Positions 54,951 to 64,000 of a stretch of DNA of 64,000 bases are shown here, piece by piece. Origin of the DNA: Octopus sinensis (taxonomy: Eukaryota). The stretch spans positions 3,038,001 to 3,102,000 of the forward strand of contig NC_043007.1 in the NCBI RefSeq assembly GCF_006345805.1, in the 5' to 3' direction. Within the stretch, counting starts at the first letter, position 1. Every line of letters begins with the position of its first letter. The position numbers and the translations under genes were made by a program. The notes beneath the pieces are model-generated. The model saw only the letters and a program-made list of their open reading frames with translations. It searched no databases and was not told the DNA's origin.

Positions 54951-55397
54951 GTACGAATATATCCAGGCCTACCTCAGATTACATCGTTTCGTGCTGCGTC
55001 TTTTATGATTTTAGGTCGCATTCCTTTTTCTTAGAAATGGTTAAAAAACATAAACGCCAACAGCAGACGATATCTTCAACCTCACGTCTGTCACATCAGA
55101 CATATTTATGAAAATAAATATTGAAAGAAAACGTTTAAAATCCAATTTGGAAGTGGGAAATGAAATAAAATATGAAAATATAGACAAGCCATTTATTAAA
55201 ATTGATATAAGCTAATAAATTGTTTAAATTTTACTTTTTTCGTGTTGCGCCATTTTCCGAGTTAAGTCGCATGTCTTGCAACCAATTACCGAAATAAGTT
55301 GAGTTAACCCTGCGTATTTTATGTGTCCGTATATGAATATATGTGCATGTTAATACATACATAAATACATACATAAAACACATATACATCTACATAC

Positions 55398-55428
<31 letters not shown>

Positions 55429-55608
55429 TCTAATATATATATATATATATATATAATATACATACACTTATACATATACATATATATTTATGTATATATA
55501 TATATTATATAATATATATATACTCATATATGTATATATATATATACATATATATATATATGTATATATATATATACATAATCTATATCTATCCATATAT
55601 ATATATAT

Positions 55609-55642
<34 letters not shown>

Positions 55643-55919
55643 ATATGTGCAGACATGTGTGTGTGCGTTTAATCTTATAATAAAACCACAATCTTGTTAA
55701 ATATAGCTACCCAGGATTTCTTGGCGGAAATTATATTTAACTTCGCCAATTTTGAAGCTGCGAACAAGACTGTTTATCAGTTATCTTTCGACCTGACGTT
55801 TAAACAAGAGACGCTTTTAGGAAGAAGACAAGAAGAAAAACACAAGGGAGATAATCAACGTCTCAATAATTCGATGTCAAGGAGACGTAAGCAAGTAAAT
55901 GGTTTCCTAAGTGTCTCAT

Positions 55920-56345
55920 GTCCTATTTTTAAATTTCAATAAAATGTATTTCTTGAAATGTGGACATACAGAAAAAAAGAACTCCATCCTGTAATTTATG
56001 CATTCCTTGGAGTTTCTCAAGTTCTTTAAGAGATATAGTTTTCTAAGAGAATATACTGAACATTTTTTCGTCCCGTAAATTTTGGGACTGGTTTTGGAGA
56101 GAAGTTTCAGTTTCATGTCCCATCGACTTAAAGATTCCAGATTTAAGCAGAAAGATTTGTAGAATGTCTCTTATCACGGTGCCTAAAATTCGAAAGAGGG
56201 TTCTTGTATTTGGATTTAAATGTTCTTTCCGTGGCTCCGATATAACGTTTGATCTCTGTACGACCATTATTGTAAGTTGCTGAAATCTGTTTTTTATAAA
56301 CAACGGAAGATATATCCGCACTTCTGTCATAGAGGACATTTAGCT
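55920..56345 (-). mobile_element. Decayed GIY-YIG endonuclease fragment of a second PLE family
   Basis: Across frameshifts it reads CPL-x3-C...VVYKKQISATYNNGRTEIKRYIGATERTFKSKYKNPLSNFRHRDKRHSTNLSA*IWNL...CSVYSL.KLYLLK...INYRMEFF.VCPHFKKYILL. The motif order matches the palindromic PLE, but the sequence is different. Confidence 0.8.
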
Positions 56346-56818
56346 TTGGCTCTGCCTGTGCGTCCATGGCAAACTTGATTCGGGGGAGACGCTAAATCGA
56401 TTACATCGATCCCAGTGCTTAAATGGTTCATATTCTATCGACCTCGAAAGATGGACAGGTAAGGTCGACCGCGGTTGATTTTTCAACTTAGAAAAATACA
56501 ATAAAGTATGTATGTATATATATTGAAATTTAATCTGTGTTATCCACTCCTACACGAATTTCTCGGACATGAGATCCGAGTCAAAAATCTTTTTCCTTCT
56601 TCTCGTCCACGTCTTTTGCGCAGAAATCTATGTGCAAATACCAAACCACAATATGAATAATATGGATTTCATAAGTTGCGGAACAGCTGCGAATGATGTA
56701 AATTCGTACTATCTATGTATGCCCTAAAACAACTGCTGGCATTCTGAAATCTACTGCACAACACTATATATATATATCATTATTATTATTATTAGTAGTA
56801 GTAGTAGTAGTAGTAGTT

Positions 56819-57021
56819 TTATTTTTATAGCGTGCTTTCACTTCACTACTGAGCGCAGCTCTGTGTGCCTTGGGTATGTGCTGTGATTTGTTGTGATGCT
56901 CTGATGGTTATTGTATGGAAAGTGTTCTGTGTAGGATGTGTGCAGTGCCTAGTAGTGCAATTTTCTGTATGTTATATGTGTTTGTAAGTCCTGGTGTTTT
57001 TGTTATGTATTTGTCTGAATA

Positions 57022-57023
<2 letters not shown>
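56819..57023 (-). mobile_element. R4/Dong-type non-LTR retrotransposon 3' end (RLE C-terminus + 3' UTR)
   Basis: The minus strand reads KYSDKYITKTPGLTNTYNIQKIALLGTAHILHRTLSIQ*, matching the QK-x-ALLGTA-x-IL motif. (TAA)n/(TAC)n tracts flank both sides. Confidence 0.75.
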
Positions 57024-57097
<74 letters not shown>

Positions 57098-57201
57098 GGG
57101 GAATATTACTTCCGAGTACGCAGGAAAAAGACATTCAAATTAGTAGTACTAAAATGAATATCTCTCAATGTTTAATTCGTATACATAAAAGTAGTTTAGA
57201 A

Positions 57202-57446
57202 ACAGAACCACCTTCAACTCAATCAACACTGAAAGATTTTATACCCGACCACTCCATAAAATGTTAAATATTAAATCTTATACTAACTATATATATATAT
57301 AGTTTATATATATATATGATTCCCGTATTTACCATAAATACGGGATTCAGAATAGATATAGTTAGTATAAGATTTAATATTTAACATTTTATGGAGTGGT
57401 CGGGTATAAAATCTTTCAGTGTTGATTGAGTTGAAGGTGGTTCTGT
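57202..57446. repeat. Inverted repeat with ~90-bp arms around a spacer containing (TA)n and a small inner hairpin
   Basis: ACAGAACCACC...TATACTAACTATAT (57202-~57292) mirrors ATATAGTTAGTATA...GGTGGTTCTGT (~57356-57446). The inner hairpin is CCCGTATTTA-CCA-TAAATACGGG. Confidence 0.92.
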
Positions 57447-57490
57447 CTCTGAAACTTCTATTATATATATATGTCTGTGTGTGTGTGGGT

Positions 57491-57539
<49 letters not shown>

Positions 57540-57636
57540 GTGTGTGTATTTATATATATAGACATATAGATATATATGCACATATATATGTATATATATA
57601 CATATATGCATATCTATATATACATCTACGTGTATG

Positions 57637-57884
57637 TACGAGGTGCGCTCAAAAGAAACCGACTTTATTTTTTGACACCAAAACTGACGATGCGTTGGCA
57701 AAATCCTTTGGATGGTAGTTCCCGCCACCCTTTCTGCGCATGCGTGAAAATATCCGCACCAGTAGTTCGCGTTAGTCCCGGGATGTTATGCCTAGAATAT
57801 AGACGTGTAATTTACATGAAGTTTTGCGGCATTCGGTTTGGCGGGACCAAAATAAAGTCGAATACCTTTTGATCGTACGTCGTA
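57637..57884. mobile_element. Mariner-type MITE
   Basis: Imperfect ~35-bp TIRs: TACGAGGTGCGCTCAAAAGAAACCGACTTTATTTT on the left and the reverse complement TACGACGTACGATCAAAAGGTATTCGACTTTATTTT on the right, with TA ends. Confidence 0.75.
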
Positions 57885-57972
57885 TATATGCATATATGCA
57901 CATGTTTATATATGTAGATATATACATGCCGCACAGTGCGCTGATCTGCGTAGAAGGTGCTAGAACTAGAAG

Positions 57973-58043
<71 letters not shown>

Positions 58044-59458
58044 CATATACACACATATCCGTTTACTCTTTTTTACTTTTATGTGTTTCTGCTCAGAGGC
58101 TGTGGCCATGTTGAGGCACTACTAGTATTATCAACTTTTCAAATGCTATTTTTTGATTGACCTTCTGTGAAGGAGGGTATTTTGATATAGGTACCTCAGA
58201 TCTTTTTACAAGGTATTAAAAAGCCGTGGGACTCTGAACCTCAACCCATTACAGCCTGAGGTCCCCACTCTATACGGGATGGCTGAGAGATCTGGAACAT
58301 ATAGCCAGTTTGCTTAATCTGTGCTATCAGAATGCCACAAACTCCGTCTGAGTGTGACAGCAGAACTATAATCTTGACATGAGTTAATCCTCTCCTGTCA
58401 GATAGATCGATGTAAATGAAGGTGAGGAGATAAAATGTGGAGGACGTATAGATAAGAGAAACGGAGAGGTAAATCGATGTAGATAACAACGAAGAGATAG
58501 AGGGACTGATGTCGATGAATAGAAGACAATGAAGATATAAAGGGAGTTGTGTAAATAAAGGGACAGAGAGAGAAAGAGGTGGAGAAGGATAGAAAGATAC
58601 CTCGACGTAACTGAAAACAGAGATAAAGACACAACTCAGAAATAGCAATAAAAATTCAGTCGGACATTAAACACGTATTATTTAAAATAAAGATGATCAG
58701 CGTGGATTGAGGAAGCTGGAAAAAGGAGAAAATGATAAACCTTTGTTTCGCTTACCTTCAGATTGGTCAGAGTAAAACAAAACAGAATTTTCCAAAGCTT
58801 TGTCTTGTAGCTTCAATGATCCGAGTTACGCAATTTGTTGCCGAAAATGTAAACAAACTTCATATTCCAGAATTTCCTATATTTGGTATTTTTGCAATCT
58901 ACAAAATTGCTTACAAATATTTGGTTGGTATGGTTATAATGTAGAATCTCAGGACCGTTTTATCTTTTTTCTGAGGGGTCAAATATCGTCGAACGTAGAG
59001 TTCTACCACCTGGCGAATAGATCTTCACCTTTCGACGCGGGAAAATAACTTATAACTGCGTAAAGGTTGATCGAATTAAAAATAACTTTTAATTATGGTA
59101 TATTGGCAATAATCTATTTTAACCAGAGACTACTTAGATTTCCGTTCAGTTCGATCTAGTTGCAGTTTTTCCAAGTATGTCCAGGAATTTAACTTGACAC
59201 ACTTTAACAAGTGATATATAAAGATAGATATATGGATATAGATATAGATATATGGATATATATATGTGTGTATGTATATGTATGTGTCTGGCTTAGTATG
59301 TATGCATACTATCTATGCATATTATTATGCATATTATCTATCACTTTTTCTCTCTCTTATCTCTGTTCCTCTCTGCCTGTGCCTCTCTCTTTCTCTCGCT
59401 TTCTACATGTACATACACACATACATACATACATACATACATACATACATACATACAT

Positions 59459-59490
<32 letters not shown>

Positions 59491-59989
59491 CAAGCTTCAT
59501 TGGTAATTCAGCAACAAAAATGACTTCAGAATAAGCTACGAAATAACCAGATTCGGAATTAGTTTCATGTTTATTGAGAAAAATATAGCAACACCATCAG
59601 AAACATATTAATACGACGCAACATTACAGTATTACAGCCTTATAATATTAATTTATTACATAAAGTGACATTTCTGCAAATATCTGATTATTTACTGAAG
59701 TACAGGTCTTGTTACACGACGTTCAGTTTATTTCATTCGCCAGACTTTATCAACAGCTGGCTGCAAAGTCAACAGTCACGCCGACTGTATCAATATTTGT
59801 TCCGACACCTGCCTGTATTCTGTGAAACTGAAGTTTTTAGCTATAATCACTGCTTATTTGATTCTAACATTGCCAGGAGCTTTTAGTTACATTCATATCT
59901 ATATTCAGCAGAGAAATATTTAGATTATTTCAGGACAACTGCAAAATGTTAAGTCGTTTTAACAGCAAACGTACCTATAGAGAGAGAGA

Positions 59990-60360
59990 AGCACTCCTTC
60001 GGTTACGACGATGAGGGTTCCGGTTGATCCGAATCAACGGAATAGCCTGCTCGTGAAATTAACGTGTAAGTGGCTGAGCACTCCACAGACACGTGCACCC
60101 TTAACGTAGTTCTCGGGGATATTCAACGTGACAGAGAGTGACAAGGCCGGCCCCTTGAAATACAGGTACAACAGAAACAGGAAGAGTGAGAGAAATTTGT
60201 GGTGAAAGAGTACAGCAGGGATCACCACCCCCTGCCGGAGCATCGTGGAGCTTTTAGGTGTTTTCGCTCAATAAACACTCACAACGCCCGGTCTGGGAAT
60301 CGAAACCGCGATCCTATGACCGCGAGTCCGCTGCCCAAACCAATGGGCCATTGCGCCTCC
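59990..60360 (-). mobile_element. SINE family C variant with a different tRNA-like head
   Basis: Head GGAGGCGCAATGGCCCATTGGTT...GGTTTCGATTCCCAG. The 3' body matches 9840-10020. Confidence 0.8.
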
Positions 60361-60679
60361 AGTACCTATAGAGATTAAATGAGAGTCGTGCGTAAATGCG
60401 TGCATATATATATGTGTGTGAGGGTGTGAGTGTGTGCGCGTGTTGTGTGTGTTTGTACGCGCATGTGTACATATAGGCGCTTGTATGTATACTCGTGTTT
60501 GTGCACGTGTGTTTGCATTATAATGAATTTTATTTCTACTTAAAAGTACCGACGATACGGCCCATTCAGACTGTTACCAAAATGTTTTAAGTTTTATCCA
60601 TAAGGTTAACGAGAGAGTGGCTAAATATACGCTCTGCAACATAGTTCTTACGATTGCTGAGTAGAAGGAAGATATATAT

Positions 60680-60903
60680 TCTTCTCTACTCTAGACACAA
60701 GGCCCGAATTCTTTTGGTGAGGAGGGGTCCAGTCGATGAGATCGACCCAAGTACGCAACTGGTACTTAATTTATTAACCACGAAGCTATGAAAGGCAAAC
60801 TCGGCATCGGTGGAATTTGAACTCAGAACGTAAATGCAGACGAAATACCTGCTTCTTTACTGCCCACAGGGGGCTAAACACTGTGAGGGCAAACAAGGAC
60901 AGA
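60680..60903 (-). mobile_element. SINE family B, 3' part
   Basis: Reverse complement of the linker-core-tail. Confidence 0.7.
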
Positions 60904-60910
60904 AACTACT

Positions 60911-60912
60911 GA

Positions 60913-60986
<74 letters not shown>

Positions 60987-61025
60987 GGTGGTGGTGGTGG
61001 TGGTAGTAGTAGTAGTTGTTGTTGT
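60911..61025. repeat. (TAG)n/(GGT)n/(GTT)n compound microsatellite
   Basis: Directly visible. Confidence 0.95.
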
Positions 61026-61182
61026 TAATCTTGTTCTTGTTCGTGTTCTTGTTACAGTTCTAGTTGTTGCTACGGATGTTGTTACTGTTTGAGTGATTAA
61101 GTTTGAGCAACATCAGAGCACTTCATTAAATACCATGCAATATTTAGTATACCATCTTTATACACACACACATATATATATG

Positions 61183-61252
<70 letters not shown>

Positions 61253-61380
61253 GCATACATATATATATACATATATATATATATGTGTGTGTGTGTGTAT
61301 ATATATATATAATATATATATATATTATATATATATATAGATATATATATATATATATATACATATATATATAAATATAC

Positions 61381-61411
<31 letters not shown>

Positions 61412-61714
61412 ATATATATATATATATATAAATATACATATATATACATAATATATATACATATATATATATATTATATATATATATAGATATATATATA
61501 ATATATATATATAACGGATGTTACAGCAGAAGTCGATACATATCTACTGCGGTCTTGCGTTAATGTGCAAAATAAACGATGCTGTTGTCGTTGTTGTTGT
61601 TGTTGTTGTTTCTTTTGTTGCTGCAGGTAACACTTTAAATTGTGGTTAGAATTTAAATATGTTCAAAAAATGTGCTTCCTTTCTTTTAATGCATATATAT
61701 ATATATATATATAT

Positions 61715-61751
<37 letters not shown>

Positions 61752-61771
61752 CATACATATATATATATATA

Positions 61772-61824
<53 letters not shown>

Positions 61825-61825
61825 C

Positions 61826-61856
<31 letters not shown>

Positions 61857-63296
61857 TATATATATATATATATATATATATGAATAAGGCGTGGCTGTGT
61901 GTGTGTGCGTATGTGTAAATGTGTGTGCATGTATTGTCAGATATCACTTATGTCAAAATTCACTGAATAGAACTTTAAATTACGTCTGTGTATTTGGCTG
62001 TGAAAACTTAATCAATATCGCTAATAACTATAATGTACATTTATATGACTAAAACTTCGTCTTTGAACTAATGTTCAAGTACATTAACATAGATATGGCT
62101 AATACTAATATAAAGCAGATTACGACTACACTAAAAGACTTTCAGTGATTTTAGTCACCAGACTGTGCGAAAAATTGTAGACAGTGACGTAAAGAATGGT
62201 AAAAGCATTAGGAAATGGTATTTGTTGCAGCCAATGTAGGTTTCCAATATATGCGACGCTAAGTGCTTGAGTGTTGTCGAAGACTGGCATTAGAAGTTCA
62301 GAAGTTCTCCGTAGAATCAATTCGTTTTGGCATCGAACTGCAATCAAAGATTTCTCTCGCAGCCTTTAAAATTTGGCCCCTTTTGTGTATTTCATAATGC
62401 CCATGCATTTCTCAATAGCAATAAATTATTATCAGTTCTACATATCTTTGTTTTTGACACTAATCGAATACTGTCCATAAGTGCAAATTATATATTTTCA
62501 CCTCTATGTTATTAATTACATGTTATCTAAACAAACACAGTATCACACATAAACACACGTGCACGCCGGTGCCTGCGCACTCGCACACATGCACGCGTAA
62601 ATACAAATATGCACACATCGACATACAGATGCCAAAACCATTGTGTACGAAATAAAATATAATAAAACAAAATAGCAAAGCAGTTATTAGTCGGAAAATT
62701 CCAATAGGTAGTGATAGAAGAGCCGGCAAGTATTATTCACCAATTCAGATTTCTTTTTCTATCGGATATGGAAAAGGCTATAATAGAAATTATACTTTGC
62801 AATGATCACACATTATGGAAAAACTGATATAAAAATACGCATGTCGCATAATTTTTATATTATCCTCTTTTATTTGAGATTCTTCTAAAGCTGTTTATTG
62901 AAGAAAATCCTAACAATGGGCTTCAAAATTCTATATTCTGTATAATGGATTTTCCATACTCTGAATGCTGGTCTACATTTCGAAAACCTTCATTTCTTCA
63001 ACAATACAAACAATTCATTAACGAAATTCGAATCCATGTTCACGTGATCCTTTTTAATTCTTTTTTTTTTTGTTACATGACGCTTGGGGAATTGAACCAA
63101 CATGCGTATTTGCACACAGCATCGAATTCATGCGTTTTCGAGCATGTTGGCTTGTGTATTTTCACATTGCGACCATCATCAATTGTTTGAACGATTGGAT
63201 CTGTAAAACGTACCCGTGGATCAAGAACAGGCCTCTTCGTATAGTGTATATGTATGTGTGTGAGGGAAGGCGTCAAGATGGGGAGAGAGATGTAAA

Positions 63297-63336
63297 GATA
63301 GATAGAGAGAGAGACAGACAGACAGACAGATAGATG

Positions 63337-63434
<98 letters not shown>

Positions 63435-63460
63435 GTAGATAGATAGATAGATAGATAGAT

Positions 63461-63503
<43 letters not shown>

Positions 63504-63528
63504 TAGATAGATAGATAGATAGATAGAT

Positions 63529-63615
<87 letters not shown>

Positions 63616-63653
63616 TATAGATAGATATATAGATAGATAGACGTATAGATAGG

Positions 63654-63689
<36 letters not shown>

Positions 63690-63706
63690 CAGACAGATAA
63701 ATAGAT

Positions 63707-63743
<37 letters not shown>

Positions 63744-63747
63744 TGGG

Positions 63748-63802
<55 letters not shown>
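63297..63802. repeat. (GATA)n/(GACA)n satellite tract
   Basis: Directly visible. Confidence 0.95.
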
Positions 63803-63920
63803 GTATAATGAATCCAAACACAGAAGAGCAAATAAGAAAAAACAATAAAGCGAGGATGTGGTACAAGCACTGTATTATCACAACGCTCAGAAAAGGAAGG
63901 AAAGAGGACTTAACGTTATA

Positions 63921-63963
<43 letters not shown>

Positions 63964-64000
63964 TACATAATACATATGTGTGTATGTGTTTGTGCGTGTG

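Noticed and set aside
60290-60360. Functional tRNA genes in the SINE heads (also 41200-41266, 9700-9770, 570-646)
   Set aside because: They have A/B-box-like motifs but no clean cloverleaf, and each continues into a repeated SINE body.
62126-62347. 73-aa minus-strand ORF as a gene
   Set aside because: It has no recognisable homology or splice support, and its length is within chance expectation.

Overview
This is a eukaryotic, very AT-rich window packed with microsatellites and retroposons, most likely intronic or intergenic DNA from an Octopus-like coleoid cephalopod (inferred from the tRNA-derived SINE families and the TA/CA/GATA repeat load). I could not identify a host protein-coding gene; almost all ORFs in the track are microsatellite translations. 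The standout structure is a ~9.1 kb near-perfect palindrome (20797-29912) made of two 5'-truncated, head-to-head copies of a Penelope-like retroelement (PLE). Each copy has a reverse transcriptase (YRDD) and a C-terminal GIY-YIG endonuclease. The arms are ~4.4 kb each around a 214-bp spacer, each carries ~2.4 kb of microsatellite mosaic in its 3' region and a hammerhead ribozyme motif near its outer end, and the whole element sits inside a (TA)n tract. The junction fits a single cDNA snap-back event. Elsewhere there are two small palindromes next to (TA)n (49.1 kb, 57.2 kb), a second decayed PLE endonuclease fragment, a degenerate hammerhead, CR1 and R4/Dong-type LINE fragments, several Tc1/mariner/pogo MITEs, three SINE families and a perfect 44-bp tandem array derived from a SINE.
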